Notes: generated by a model from the letters alone, not told the origin. Shown: positions 13,026 through 26,839, counted from the first letter of the stretch. The stretch is 64,000 bases of DNA from Cyanophora paradoxa CCMP329 (GCA_004431415.1 QPMI01000109.1:83606-147605); one strand, 5' to 3'. Made by a program: numbers and translations.

Positions 13026-13479
13026 TCTTCCTGTCGTCGACGCAGATTGCAGGCGGCCTGCAGAGCTGCGCGTGATGCGCAAGCTAGCCTGGTCCCAAAC
13101 AGCGCGCTGGCTCCTCAGCTACACGCTGGCTGTATCCTGAGCAGCATCACGCCGCTGTCGCGCTGGTTCTGCTGGGCCTGCTGCCTCCGGCCTGCCGCCG
13201 GCTGCGAAGAAGGGTACAAGGGTAGGGAGTCAACCCGCTCGAGCTCGTTCGAGGTGCGAACCCGCTGAGTCGAGCGCTAGCGGAGGAAGAAACATTCGAG
13301 CGCGTGGCGGCTCGCTGCAGCTCAACCGCGGCGAGGAGACAAGCGGGTCACGCAGCGCCTACCGGGCGCTTCTGCCCGAAGCGGGCGCGGCTGCACGCTC
13401 GCAGCGCGTGAAGGTGGAGCCGTTCGAGCCAAGGAGCCCACGTGCTTCGCCGCCGAGCGCTGCGCGAAGCGCGAGAGCC

Positions 13480-15369
13480 ATGGAGCATGAAGACAACTTC
13501 GACCACATAGCAGAGCTCTCGGACCCATGCTGGGCTGCGCTGCGCGCCGCTACCGGCGGCGCGGCGGACAGGGCGCGGGAGGCGGCGGAGAAGGTCTTCA
13601 GCATGGACCTCGCATTCCAGACGGGTCGCGAGATGCGGACGGCGAAGGCGCACGAGCTGGACAGGCGCTTCCTGAAGAAGCTGTTCGACCTCGGGCTCTT
13701 CGTGCTGCGGTGCGCACGCGCCGCCTCCCCCGCGTGGAGGCCGGGCCGGCGCCGAGCCGCCGCCCTCGCCCCAGGTACCTCTCGTCTTTTTACCTCGTCG
13801 CGGTCGCCTGGTTCGGCTTCGCCTACGACGCGGACCACTACGCGCACACGCTGCGAGTGGCCGCGTGCCTCGCGGCCGCCTCCGTCTGCATCTCCCTCCA
13901 CGCCGTCTTCGCCCCGGCGGTCCGCGCGCGCCTCTGCTTCGTCCCGCCGCACGGCGGCCTCGGCATGGCCGTGCGGGCCCTCCTGCACGTCCGGAGCGCG
14001 CCCAGCTTCCTCGAGCTCGCCCGCGGCGAGCCCCGGTGCGAGCGCGCGCCCGCCGCCGCCGCCGCCGCAGGGGCGCGCGCGGGGCGCGGGGCTGACGGGA
14101 GGCGGCGGCAGGCTCGCGGTCTTCGTGCTGGCGCTGGCGGGAGAGCTCCTCTTCGGCTCCCTCTTCGCCCTCGTGCGCCGCTCGCCCGAGACCGCCAGCC
14201 AGAACGACTGGGTCCGCGCCCCGGCCCCCGCCCCGCCCGCCCCGCCCTCCCCGACGGGGCGCGCCTCGCCGGCGCAGGTCGCGGCCGGCGGCGTCTTCCT
14301 CCTCGTGCCCCTCCTCGACTACGGCCGCGCCTTCCTCACCCCCGAGGCCGCCGAGGTGCCCCCGCCCCCGCCCGCCGCCGGCCCCGGCGCGAGAGGCGCG
14401 CGCAGGCGATGCAGAAGACGGCGACGTACACGGGCACGCACTTCGCGCTCACGCCGCGCGCCACGAGCCTCGACGTCACCAGCGCCACGTTCGTCCAGGC
14501 GCGGCGTACCCCCGTTGAACCGCCCCGCCCCGCGCCTCTCAGCCCCGCGCAGGACCTCGTTCCGGACGCTGTACCCATCCGTCGCGTGTCGGGGGCCCGC
14601 CTGGGGTACTCCCTCGTCCGCATGCGCGAGCTGCTGGGGGGGAAGCAGGCCATCAAGTTCATCGGTCCGAGTACCCCCCCCCCCTGGGCGCCTCTGACGG
14701 GGCGCGCGCAGACTTCCTCTTCTACGTGATCTTCCCCCTGGCGGACGAGGGCGCCCCGCCGCCGCCGCCGGCGGGCGCCTCCGAGGGGCGGGGCACGCCG
14801 GGGCCCCCCGCGGACCCCGAGTCGCCGCTGCTGGGGGAGCACTACGTGTCGCCCCGCGCGTACAACGCCGCCCTCGCCGTCGTCGCGGGGCCCGCGCGGC
14901 CCTCTACCTCCCTGGCGCCCCCGCGCGCCCCGCCGCGCCCCGCGGCGCGCCTCTTCTTCAGCTGCGCCGAGGCGGCCGCCGCCGAGGCCGTCCTCTCCGC
15001 CGTCGAGCGCGCCTCCTCGCGCCCCGAGGTGGCCCCCGCCCGGCAAGGCGCCGGCGGCGGCGGCGTCGCCGGCCCCCCTCACTCTGGGGCGGGCAGGTGC
15101 GGGAGCAGTGCGGGGCCGTGCGGGCCTTCCTCCGCGCGGTCGGCGAGCTCGACCGCGCCGTCGCCGCCGCCACCGAGGGCGACGGTGCCTCCCCCCGCCC
15201 CCCCGCCCTCGCCGGGGCCCGAGCGGGGCGGGCGGGGCGGGGCGCAGTGGAGCGGCGGCGGGACCTGCGGGACGTGCGCGTGTCGGCGCTGACCCTCACC
15301 CTCGACCGCGACCGCATCGCCCGGCGCAGCGTGCCCCCGCTCCCCTCCCCCCACGCCGTCGTCATCTAG
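13480..15369 (+). CDS. Hypothetical multi-pass membrane protein (spliced)
   Basis: Coherent exons with host-type introns and several hydrophobic segments (YLVAVAWFGFAY, LAVFVLALAGELLFGSLFALV); no family recognised. Confidence 0.55.
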
Positions 15370-15499
15370 GCGCCCCGGCGCCACCGCCCCCCGCGACTCT
15401 CTCCATCGCACCTGAACCCAAGTACTCTTCTCCCCCACGCCGCCTCAAGATGTCCAGTGACGGAAATTAAAGCGCCGGCGCACAGCGTTCTGCGCATGC

Positions 15500-15929
15500 A
15501 CGTGCACGTGGTGCAAGCTTGGTTACGTTATAGGCTTCCACAGCCGCAGCAGAGCCAGAAGGGTCCGGAAGAGCCCTCGCCGAGTCTAAGATGCAGGCAG
15601 CGCGGCGGCCGAACGCGCTCCAAAAGGCCCAGGCCGTCGAGCTTGCGGGGCGGGCGGGGCCCGTTGCGGGGGGTCGAGGCGGGGCAAAAAGTGCAGAAAG
15701 TGACCCCTGAGGGATTTGAACCCCCAGCCTTCTGATCTGGAGTCAGACGCGCTACCGTTGCGCCAAGGAGTCGTGCGAATTTCCGCTCACCCGCCTCTGG
15801 TCGCTCGGTGGCCCGAAGGCCCGCCACCGAAGCGTCCTCGACGCGTACCCGCTGGCCCGGCTCAGGTCGCTCAGCCCGGCTGCAGCGGGCCACTATCGCG
15901 CGAGCCGACGGGTAGCGCGAAGCTTCGCC
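15500..15929. repeat. Copy 1 of a ~430-bp inverted duplication carrying tRNA-Trp
   Basis: Aligns as reverse complement to 23598-24032; tRNA identical, flanks show substitutions and indels. Confidence 0.9.
15701..15772 (-). tRNA. trnW: tRNA-Trp (CCA)
   Basis: Reverse complement GACTCCTTGGCGCAACGGTAGCGCGTCTGACTCCAGATCAGAAGGCTGGGGGTTCAAATCCCTCAGGGGTCA: cloverleaf, CCA anticodon, TTC T-loop, downstream T5 Pol III terminator. Confidence 0.95.
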
Positions 15930-16583
15930 GGACCGCCGGTGGTCCCCCCGGTGGCCAACCGCCCCCGAACGTCGTCCGAGCGCCCTCCGAGCCCAAAGCG
16001 AGCATCTAGTTTGCCATCTAACACGGAACCGCCTGTGGTTTGAACTTCGTCCGAACGCCCTCTGAGCAGTCGGCTCGGGCCCGAAGAGAACATCTACAGC
16101 TGAGACTACCGGTCGACTTCGCGGCGCCGGCCGGCGGCCAACCCGCAACTTAATCTTCAGATCTAGATGCCCACGAGCCGCGGTGCCGGCCGCGGTGCTG
16201 GCGCGGCCGCCAAGATGAGACAGCGTGGCGTCCAATGTTAGCGGCAGCCGCCGCCGCGCGCGTGGACGTTCTACGCTTGCGCAGAGGCCCTGCCGCGGAG
16301 AGCTGGCGCGGAGAGACCCCTGCAGGTCCACCTGGCCATGGCCAGCTGCAGGTCCGCGGCCGGGGCGGTGCCGCGACCAGAGCTCGACGCGTATGAGTCC
16401 AACTAATCGAGCGAGGGCACGCCCGACAGAGCGCGGTCTTCGAGAAGCTGGAAGCGAGGCAGGCCGTGCAAGGACTTGCGCCGGATCCGACGGCGCTCGT
16501 CTTCGACACAACCGTCCATCAGCTGCACTGGTGCGGAACGCGCTGCGTCCATCAGGGGGCCGTGCTGCGCTTAAGGCGCGGCG

Positions 16584-19500
16584 ATGCGGAACTCGGAAGA
16601 TGACGTCTGTTTCTGTTTCTGCCGCGGCAGGCTCCGCTTCCCGGATGCGGCTGTGCTCGCCGGGACGGGCGTCCTGCTCACGGCGAACAAGCTGGGCCCG
16701 CCCAGCATCGCTGTTCAGGTGCGGCGCGCCGTGCCGGGTGCCGCCGCCGCGTCCGCGGAGCGCTCAGCGCTAGCGCCACGGCGCAGTCGTGTGAGTGGAC
16801 CGTGTTTTTGGTGGTCGGAGCGGACGGCACCGTCGGCCCTTTCAGGTGCCGTGCGCACCCGCCTCGCCCCCGGATTCCGCTGACAGGGCCGCGCTCCGGC
16901 AGCTTCTCCGAGGCGGCCCAGGCGCGTCTTTTGCCCGTCTCGTGCGCGGCGTCTCCCGACGGCGCCGGGGCGCGCGCGCAGGGCTCGGAGCAGGCGGTGG
17001 AGCTGCTCGCGAGGCGGGCGGACACCGGCGCGCCGCTCACGAGCGCCCGCATCGTCTTCCTCGCGCGACGCGAGCCCGACGATGCGAGAGCAGAGCCGCC
17101 GCCGGCAGAGTCGCAGGCTTCTCCCGCCGGCCCCTCTCCGCCCGGCGCCCTCCCTTCGGGCGCCCCGCCGCCGTCGCTCCCGTGCCCTCCCAGCGTCGCC
17201 GAGACCGCCTCTACCTCCCACCCGCCGCCTCCGCTGCAACCGGCGGTCGCTGCGCCCGCCCGGGCCGTGGCGGCGTGGCCCCAGCCGGGGCCCAGCAGCG
17301 GGGCGCAGGGGGAGGAAGACCCCGCGGCGCCGCTGGAGCACGCCGCGCGGCTGGCTGAGCGTCGCACGCGCGCCACAGCGCACGAGCAGTCCGGCTTCCG
17401 TGCGCCCCCCCTTCGCGCCCCGCCGGCTGGCACGCCCCGCTGACGGCCCCCGCGCCCCCGCGCAGCCTTCCTCGACCCCGCAGTCGTCTCGGGCCTCGAG
17501 TCGCTCGTGATCAGCGCGCGCGAGGGCGAGGCCGCGGGGTCGGCGGCGGCGGGCGAAGGGAGCGGCCGGCGCGGCGGGTGCGGCGGGTGGCGCCGGGCCT
17601 GGAGGCGAGCGAGAGCCTCCTCCGCCGCATCGACGCCGCCGCCGTCGACGGCGGCGACGGTGCCTCCAGCGACGCCGATGACGCCCCAGCGCCGCCGCCG
17701 CCGCCGCCACCCGCGGGCCCGGCCGGCGGAAGCCGGCCCGGACGCGGCTCTGGCGGGCGGAGCGAGCGAGACTTCGTCTTCGAGAGCGACGCGGCGCGGG
17801 CGGCGTTCGAGGAGCGCGCCGGCGCCGCGTTGCGGGCGCTCGCCGCGGCGCCCTCGCCCGACACCGCCGCCGCCTTCCTCCGCGCCTTCGGTGCGCCCCG
17901 CCACGCCGCCGACACCGGGACGGGGGCCCGACTGCCGCCGCTGAACGGCGCGCGCAGCGTCGGGGCCGGCGCTGGACTCGCGGTTCGTGTGGACGCCGTC
18001 GGGACAGCGCGACCTGCGGCGAGCAGCGCTGCTGCTACGGGCCGCGGCGCGCTCGGTCGCCCCGGAGCAGAGCGCGCTCGGCGGTCTCGTGAGCTCCGCC
18101 GTCAACGGGTGCGGCGGCCCTTTCGCTGGCCCCGCTCTCCGGCCGACCCGCACCCGCGTCCCTCCGCAGGATTATGTTCTTCTCGCGCTTCGCGCCGTAC
18201 GGGACCCGCCGCCGCTCCCGCCCCTCGCGGGCGGGCCCGACGCGGGCGGGGGCAGGGAGAAGCTGGTGGCGGCGTGCGAGCGGAGCTGGGAGCTGGCGGA
18301 CGCGGTGACGCCGCCGACGACGGGCCTGGCGCTGGACCTGGCGCTCGTGCCCGTGCCGCAGCTCGTGCAGCTCGCCCGCCTCGCCGCCGCCTTCCTCGAG
18401 CCCCTCAGCGAGGAGAGCCCGGGGCCCTACGCCGAGGCCCGCCCCGCCCCGCCCCGCCCCGCCCCGCCCGGCGCCCCTCACGCCGAGGCAGGCCCTCTCC
18501 TTCCTCGGCCTCCGCCTGCTCCAGAACCTCGAGGCGCCCCCCGCCCCCCCGCGCCCCCCGCCGGCCCCCGCGCTCACGGCGCGCCGCAGGACGAGGAGGC
18601 GTGCAGGGTGCTCTACTCGGCGTGGGGGCTCGTCAAGAGGCGCGGCCTCTCGCCGTGCAGGGCCGAGTGCCGGGCGATCCGCTGCATCGCCATGAGCCTC
18701 GCGCGCCGCAACCAGAACGAGAAGGCGGCCGAGGTGGCCGCCTGCTGCTACTGGTACCTCCCGCCCGCTTCAGACACGGACGCGGATCGCCCGGCGGCGG
18801 GGGCGCGCTTACGGGCCGCCGCGCAGGTTCGAGCACGAGGGGAGGCTCTCCGGGGCCGACTGGCGGATCAAGTTCGGCTCCATAGACTCGCTGGGTGCGC
18901 GATGGCGGGCCTCTGCCGCCGCGCCGGGGCCTCGCGGGCGCGAGCGAGCGGGCGGCGGGGGCGGGGGCGGGGCAGCGCGGGTGGCGCTGGGGCGGCGGGA
19001 CTGGGAGGTCGTGCTCGCCCTGCACCGCACCCAGGGCGAACTCGCCGAGCGGCAGATGGACCCCGTCCGCCCCGCCCCCGCCCCCGCCCCCGCCGGCCCC
19101 TCGCCCTCCAGCGCGCCCCGCGAGCGAGCGGGCCCCGCCCCCGCAGGAGGACCCCGATGTCGCCAACTTAGCCTTCATGCAGACGGCGAGCCGCCCCCTT
19201 CCCCTCCTCCCCCGCCCCGCCGCCCTCACCCGTGCCGCCTGGGCGCAGGCCTACTCCGGCGCCCTCGCCCTGCACAGGGGTCCGTCCCCCGCGTGCGGGG
19301 CCGGGGCCGGCCTCGGAGTGACGGGGGCGCCCCCTTCCTGGCGCGCAGGGCGCTACCTCGAGTTCATCGGGAACTACCGGCGCACGCTGCGCGTCATCCG
19401 GGAGCGCGCCGAGCTGCTCCTCGCGAGCCCCCTCCTCGACGTCCGCAACGCCTTCAGGGCGACCCCGGGGGCGGAGAAGGCGATGGCCTCCGGCCTCCGC

Positions 19501-20079
19501 CTCGCCGTCCTCCTCCAGCGCACCCTCGACTGGAGGCGCCCGCCCGCCCCGCCCGCCCCGGCCGCCTCGCCGCGCGCCGCTGACGGGGCCGGGGGCAGCG
19601 GGGCGACGCCGGTGCTGGCGCACATGCTGTACGGCCTGGCGGGGGGCTACGCGAGCCTCGGGGACGCGCGGCGCGCCGCCTCCACCCTCCGCGAGGCCCT
19701 CAAGGTCCCGCCCGCCCCGCCCCGCCCCGCCCCGCCCCGCCCTGCCCCCGCCCGGCCCCGGCCCGAGCGGAGGCTCCCGCCCGCAGGAGTACGGGCGCTT
19801 CCCGGGGACCTTCCCGGGGGACCACCCGCGCGTCCTCGCCGCCCGCGCCGCCCTCGCCGCCTGCTCGGCCGCCTGCTCGCGCTCCCCTCCACCACCTCCG
19901 CCTCCCCTCCGCCTCCCCGCCTCCTCCCTCTCCCCGCCCCGATCCCTCCCCATCGCCCCGGGCTCCAGCTCCGGCGCCAGCCCCGCCTCCCTCCCCGCCC
20001 CGAGCCCCGCCCGCCTGCCCCCGAGCCCGCCCCGGCCCCCGCCCCTCTCTTCAACTTTCGCTTCTTTAGATCTAGTTAA
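16584..20079 (+). CDS. Hypothetical spliced protein with C-terminal TPR-like helices
   Basis: Helical exons such as LAHMLYGLAGGYASLGDARRAASTLREALK followed by a DHP motif; start, end and exon structure uncertain. Confidence 0.45.
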
Positions 20080-21216
20080 GTACTATAGTTAGTTAAAAAT
20101 ATCGGTTCGAGCTCGCCCGCGCTTCAATTTTAAGCTCGCTCCGGATCCTTAAGCGCTAGCTTCAAAATGTGCAATTGATCATGACTCATAATTAGCCTAG
20201 TAGCTGAAATCATGATTTCAAGTTTAGCCTAGTATACGTAGCATGAATTAGTAAGTCATGATCATGATATCGATATTAATGGGTGTCTACGTTGATATTA
20301 ATATTGATCATGATCATGAATATTTGGATACGCATGCGCATCGCTTGCTGTCGCCGCGGCGCTGCAATCCGATGATCGTCAAATTGCAATGCCTTCTATA
20401 CATATGCATCCTAATCGATATCTATCCTACTTTAACTATCCTGCAATGCCGATTGGGCACGCTCTACTAGGCTACTCAGTGCGTGCCTACTACTATATAG
20501 CTAGGCTACATCTTAGTTGGCAAAAATTTTGGCTAACTCCTGAAGATCGAAGGTCGAACAATCGCAAGCTTAAGATGCTTCCTATAGCTATAGGAACTCG
20601 AGCTCCTAACCAACTAGCTACTTTCCCTACTGGGCCACATTGCACTGCATGGGCTACGTACTACGGTATACGTCACTCAGTATGCGCACACAATATACTT
20701 TGATACTATAGCTATACGTGATAATAATTCGGTTTGGATAAATGTATATATATAGTATTCTATCTATCACTCAGTGACTCTCAAGGTATAGATTGAAAGA
20801 AATGGAACTGTTCTCAGGGCTCGCAGGCGACCTATCTTTCTAGATCTGTATACTGGGTAGCTAGCGCTGTGCTGGCATCACTCTGGTCGTGCGTCATCCA
20901 CATGCGTGGATCCGACGGTCAAAAACAACAGAAAACACCCGCAGACGTCTACATCGAGCGAAACAAAATTGGCGAACTGCGCATGCGAAAATGGCATCGC
21001 ACGGCAAGTTCAGATGCCCTTCGACAGCGGCGAAAAAAAGAATCGAAAAGAAGCTGCTGTATATGAATGTGTGGCACGAGGAGTAGATATAGTAGTAGCT
21101 ACTCATCATCACGAGCTCGAGTTTGCGTAGTTGCCATATATGCGTTGAGCAGATGGATCAGTCCGCCTTGATACCCGCGTCGGCGAAAATCTAATCGCGG
21201 TCGCGATCGCGCCGGG

Positions 21217-22782
21217 TCAGCGGAACACATTTTGGAATTGTTCTTCTATTCGCGGGAGCTGGGGCTCGCTGGGGCGGGGGCTGGCGGGGGCGGACCTTGG
21301 CGATGCGGCGCTGGCTCTCGCGGCCGGCGGCCTTGGAGGCGGACGAGGGCGCGTCGGAGCCGGCGGCGCCGAGCGCGCGCCTGAAGAGCTCCTTGCGGAG
21401 CTGGCACACCAGGTCCTCGACTGCCCGCCGCGAGCCGCGTGAGCGCACCGACGGGACGGAGGAGCAGCGGCGGGGCGGGGCGGGGAGGGGCGCGGGCGCG
21501 GGGCGGGGCGCACTGGAGGTGTTCGGGTCCTCCATGATCTGCTGGGAGCGGCCCTCGATGAGGCTCAGGTAGTGCTCCTCGCTGAAGCCGGCGATCGGCG
21601 CGCACTGCTCCGTCTGCTGCAGGTGCGCCAGCCCCCGAACCCTGCCCCGTCCCGCCCTACTCAGGAAGAGAGAGGGGGGGGGGGGGGGGGGGAGCCGCGG
21701 AGGGCGGGGCGCTCGCACGCACACGGCGGCCCAGCGGCGCAGGGAGTCGAACTTGCGGAAGGGCCAGCGCTTGATCCCGCACTTCCGGCAGACGCGCTTC
21801 ATCGTCGTCCCGCTCAGGCCCTGCCATATGCACGATCTCGATCATCGGAATTCGAATGGGGGAGGGGCCGCGGCCGCGGGCCGGCGGGGCGCACCAGGGC
21901 CCTGACGGCCTCCTCGGAGGGGACCTTGAAGTGGCGGCGCATGCGGGCGAGGAGCTTGCGCGGCTCCTCCCCCGTCCACCCCGCGCTCGGCCGCCCCTCC
22001 CCGGCCCCCAGCGCCCCCTCCTCCGCCCCGGCCCTCCCCGCCTCCTCCCCCGTCGCCCTTCTGCCGGCGCCCGGCGGGGCCTCGGCGGCGTGCCGGGCCG
22101 GCTCCGGGGCGGGGCCGGCGTGGGTGGAGGCGAAGGTGCCGGGGGGGCCCGGGCGGGGCGCCCAGGAGAGGCCCAGGTCGCCGATCATCTGGGCGAAGGA
22201 GGGCGCGCCGGCCATCGCCATCGAGGGGCACACGGGGAGGTCGAACACGAGCGGGCCTGCGCTCGGACAGGGCAGCGCCGCCGCCGCCGGCTGGGAGGGG
22301 GCGGGGCGCGAGGAGGAGTGGGGCGGGGCGTGGCCGCGCGGGTGCGCCCCCGCCTGCTGGGCGTGCGCGCGCTGGAGCTCCTGCTGCTGCAGCTGCAGCT
22401 GCTGCTGGTGGAAGTGCAGCTGCGCGGCGAGCTCTTGCCGGAAATCAAGCGGCAGGCCCTGCTGCCCCAGGAGCTGCCCCTGCGCATGCCCGGGCGCCGG
22501 GGGCCGCGCGGGCGGCGAGCTCGCGGCCTCAACACCCGCCGGCGCCTGCTCCTTCGGCCCGTTGACGGGCGGCTGCTGCTGCTTCAGTTGAGTGATCAGC
22601 GAAGCCGAGGGCAGCTGAGTGATGATCTGCGACGCCGGGGCCGGGGCCGCCGGCTGCTTGCTGGGTCCAGATCTGCCCCCCCCGGCGGGCGAGGCCAGAT
22701 CGCGGCCATGGGGCTCCCCGTTGCCGGCCGCGGGGTTCAGCTGGAAGTGCGGGACGAATGCCCAGCCGCCGGGACCCATCAT
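21217..22782 (-). CDS. RWP-RK transcription factor
   Basis: MRRHFKVPSEEAVRAL...TTMKRVCRKCGIKRWPFRK, preceded by a Gln/Pro-rich low-complexity region. Confidence 0.88.
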
Positions 22783-23597
22783 GGCATCGGGAAGGAGGCG
22801 GCACCGGCGGGGTAGATTTCCGACGGGTCTGCCGGTCCGTGACCGGAGGAGAGGCCGAAGGCGCCAGCCGAACTCGAGGAGGGGTCGCTGTTGAGGGCGA
22901 GAATTCAGAGGCCGGGCCAGCTGATGGCCGGGCCGCGCTGGGACTGCTGCGAATCGAGCGGCTGGCTGCAGGCACCGCAGCTGAAGAACGATCGGAGATT
23001 GGGGCTCGCGCCGTTTAAGAAAGCTTGCGAGGTCGGAGGCGCGAAAGATCGGCTGGGGGAGGAGGCGGAGGCGTAACGTCGCGACAAGCGCGGATAACGA
23101 ACTTCGGGATCTCACGCCTTCGCTGCGGCTGGAGAAAAGATGCACGTAGGTTCTTTTGGATCCTGATCGACGCAGCTCGTGCCAACGCTGAGCATATCGT
23201 CCGCACTGCCGCTTTCAAGCTAGAACCGCCGAGGCGCGGCGATGCGGTCTTTAAATTTGCAGCGGCAGCCGCGCGCAGCCGTCGTCATCGCCGCCGTGTG
23301 ATGAAATGCAAGAAGGGCCCCAAGGAAGCCTTGAAGCTCGCAAGTTACGCTCTGTGGCGGAATATGCCAGGTAAGCAACGTCTCATGAAAATCTCTCATG
23401 TGAATTGCGACATCGGGAACATACGCACGTGCAAGCCTGGCCGCTGCGCGAACGCTCCTCCCCAAGGCCGGAAACTGCCAGAAGCTGAGAAGTTCTTCGT
23501 GCTGTCTGGCGCAGAGACACTCGGGCGACCCGGCCGCGATGCAGGCCAGCACGGCTAGCAGCTCGCCCCGACCCGGCTGCACATTGTAGCTGCCGAT

Positions 23598-24032
23598 GCG
23601 AAGCTTCGCGCTACCCGTCGGCTCGCGCGATATTGGCCCGCTGCAGCCGGGCTGAGCGACCTGAGCCGGGCTAGCGGGTACGCGTCGAGGACGCTTCGGT
23701 GGCGGGCCTCCGGGCCACCAAGCGACCACAGGCGGATGAGCGGAAATTCGCACGACTCCTTGGCGCAACGGTAGCGCGTCTGACTCCAGATCAGAAGGCT
23801 GGGGGTTCAAATCCCTCAGGGGTCACTTTTGCCCCGCCGAGCCCCCCCCGCAACGGGCCCCGCCCGCCCCGCAAGCTCGACGGGCCTGTTGGACTCACAG
23901 TTGGAGCGCGTTTGCCAGCGCTGCCTGCATCTCAGAGTCGGCGAGGGCTCTTCCTTCTGGCTCTGCTGCGGCTGTGGAAGCCTATCGTAACCGAGCTTGC
24001 ACCAACGTAACCAAGCTTGCACCACGCGCACG
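23598..24032. repeat. Copy 2 of the inverted duplication carrying tRNA-Trp
   Basis: Reverse complement of 15500-15929. Confidence 0.9.
23754..23825 (+). tRNA. trnW: tRNA-Trp (CCA)
   Basis: Identical to 15701-15772; followed by TTTT. Confidence 0.95.
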
Positions 24033-24096
24033 GACGTCGACCATTCCGCCCCGCGGCCGGCAGCTTAGCAACGGTCAGCCAGCGGCCGCTATAGCT

Positions 24097-26617
24097 ATGG
24101 GTCACCGCAGCTCGAAGCACCATGCATATGGGCACCGATGGGGCCACCGCCGCGGCGAGAGCGGCGCCGCCGGCGACACCGAGGCGCCTCCTGTGCAGCT
24201 GCTGCCGATCGAGCCCGAGGAGGACGAAGACGACGGTGCGGGCGCACGGCGCCGCGCGTCGCGCAGGCGCGCCCTAATCGTCGAACGCCTCGACCGGGCA
24301 GCTGCGGCGGCGGCGGCGGCGGCGGAGGCGGGGCGCGGGTGGGAGGGGACGCTGGAGCTGCTGCCGGACGCGATCCTCGCCCGCATCCTCCTCCTCGCCG
24401 CCACCGGCCCCCGCGCCCCCTCCGCGAACTGCAGCGGCCCGCTCGAGGCGGCGTGGGCGGCGGCGGCGGCCCCGCGGTGCTCCCCGAGCGGGTGGAGCTG
24501 CTGCGGGCGGTGTGCCGGCGCTTCCGCGGGGCGCTGGACGCCGCGGGGACGCGGCGCTGCTGGAGCGCCTCGAGCTCGACCTCACCCTCGTCTGGGAGCT
24601 CGGCGCCGTCAGCGCCCCGAGGAGGACCCCGCCCGCTTCGAAGGCCAGCTCGTCCGCCAGTTCTTCCCCGAGCCGGCCTCGCGGGGCGCCCCGCCGAGCC
24701 CCGCCCTCTCCTGGCTCGCCCGCCTCCGCCCGGGCAGCTCGGGCGGCGCGGGCGCTGCGGGGCGGCTGGACCGGCTGCGGGCCTCGACGGAGCGGGAGCT
24801 GGGGCGGCTGGGGGCGGCGCGGGCCTGGCGGGCCTGCGGGGCGCCCTGCAGGAGCTCGACCTCTTCTTCGAGGCCTTCTACGCCACCGACGCGCGCCCCG
24901 CCCCGCCCCGCCCCCGCACCCGTGGCCTCACCCCGCGCTCCGCCCCGCCGGCCCCGCAGCTGCCGCTGCCGGCGGTGGCGAGCTCGTGGAGCGCCTGCCG
25001 GCCCTCCGCTCCGTCCGCCTCGCCACCGGCCTCCCCGACACGTCCGCCCCGCCCCGGCCCCGGAGCCGCCCGGGGCCGCTGAGGGGGCGGGGCGGGGCCA
25101 GGAACGCGGGGATCTTCCTGGTGCGGGAGGAGGCGGAGTACGGGGGGGCCCCAACCACGAGCTCGCCGCCCTCCTCGCCCCCCTCCCCCGCCTCCCCGCC
25201 TCCAGGTCCCGCGCCCCGCCCCCGTCCCCGCCCGCCCCGGCCCCGCCGCTCGAAGCGAAGCGGGCGCCGGGGCAGGCCCTGGACCTCGGCCCGGAGTTCC
25301 CGGCGCCCGTCCGCCTCCTCCGCGCCCTCGCCGCCCGCCCCGGCGGCCAGGCCCCGCTGCGCGCCCTCGCCGCCGCCGCGCCCCTCCAGCGCCCCGAGGA
25401 GCTGGCGCCGTGCCTCGCCGCCGCCGCCGCCATCGACGGCCTCGAGCGCCTCCGCCTCGACCCGCACCGCCCCGAGGCCCTGTACCCCCCTGACACCCTC
25501 CCCGCCTCCGCCTCCGCCGAGTGCCTCCGGCCCCTCTCCTCCCTCTCCGCCCTCCAGTGTGCGCACGTACCCCCCAAGGCCCGCGCCCCTCCACCCCCGC
25601 CCCGCCCACGCTCCCGCCGCGCGCAGCGCTGGGCCTGGGGGTGCCCCTCGACTCGCTCGAGTTCCTCGTACCCCTGACCCGCCTCGAGCACCTCCGCCTC
25701 GCCCTCCGCTCCAGCGCCGACTGCTCCCCCCTCGCCGGCCTCCCCTGCCTCCGTACCCTCTCCCTCTACATCCCCCTCCCCTCTGACGAGGCCTCTGGCG
25801 TGCGTTACCCCCGGGACCTCCCCTGCATCCCCTTTCGAGGCGGGGGTGCGCAGGGGAGGGTGCTTGGGGGCGCGCAGGGGCGGCCTGCGCCGGGTAGCGA
25901 CGCCTCCACGCGCTTCTCCGCGACGCTCGCCCGCCTCGGCTCGCTCGAGGTGCCCCCGCCCCCGCCGCCTCGCCCCTCGCAGCTCCCGACCCGCCCGCCT
26001 GCCGCGCCGCGCCGCGCAGGCGGTGGAGCTGAGCGTGCCGGAGAGCCACCTGAGCGCGCTCGCCGGGCTGCCGGCCTCGCCCGTCCTCTGGCCCCGCCTC
26101 CGCCTCGCCTGCCTCCACTCCAAGACGGGCGACCCCGCGCGCCCCTCCCGCCTCCCCGCGCCCCTCCTCCCGGTGCCCCGGGCTTCCCCCCCCCCCCCCC
26201 CCCCCCCCCGCTCCGCCGTCTCCGGCGGCCTGACGCTTCGTTCGCAGCGCGTCGCGGAGCTCGCACCGGGGCTGCGCGAGCTCGTGCTGAAGAGCGTGCC
26301 CCCACTGCCGCCGCCCGCCGGCCTCCGTCTCCGCCGCCTCGCCGCCACCGACGAGGCCCTCGGGTGCCGCCCCCCCCCCCCCCCCCCTCTTCTGAGGGAG
26401 GAAGAAAACGGCCCCCGCCGGAGCCGATCCCGAGCCCGAAACGGCGGCGGGGCGGCGCAGGTACGTGGGGTTCGAGCACCGGTACGAGGACCTGCGGGAC
26501 GCGCGGAAGGTGCTGCGCGCCGCCTTCGGGGTGAAGGCGGAGCCCTTCGATCCCACCCGCACCGACCTCTGCCGCTGGCGCCTCGGGCCCCTCTTCACCG
26601 GGAGGGACGCCCGCTGA
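24097..26617 (+). CDS. F-box-like / leucine-rich repeat protein (spliced)
   Basis: LELLPDAILARILLLAA then LRAVCRRFR; LRR-like LEFLVPLTRLEHLRL and LAGLPCLRTLSL. Confidence 0.65.
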
Positions 26618-26839
26618 GGCTTGGAGGATCGGCCACTGAGTAGATTGGAATGTAACGAAACCAGAAGATAGCAGCAGGAATGAAATCGTGAGAGCTGGTA
26701 TGTATTGCGGTTTACACATATGTACATTCATGCTGTCGATCGCGCTGGGATCGGTCTTTCCAGTGAGCCCCTTACGCTAGACGGGCCTCCTTCAGGCGTG
26801 GACCCCAGCCCTGCCGGGGCGGGGCGGGGCGCCTTGGGC

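Noticed and set aside
20080-21190. AT-rich block with short ORFs as a foreign insertion
   Set aside because: It lies between two convergent 3' ends, has no terminal repeats or recognisable domains, and resembles other host intergenic stretches (7.8-8.35 kb, 10.9-11.1 kb).
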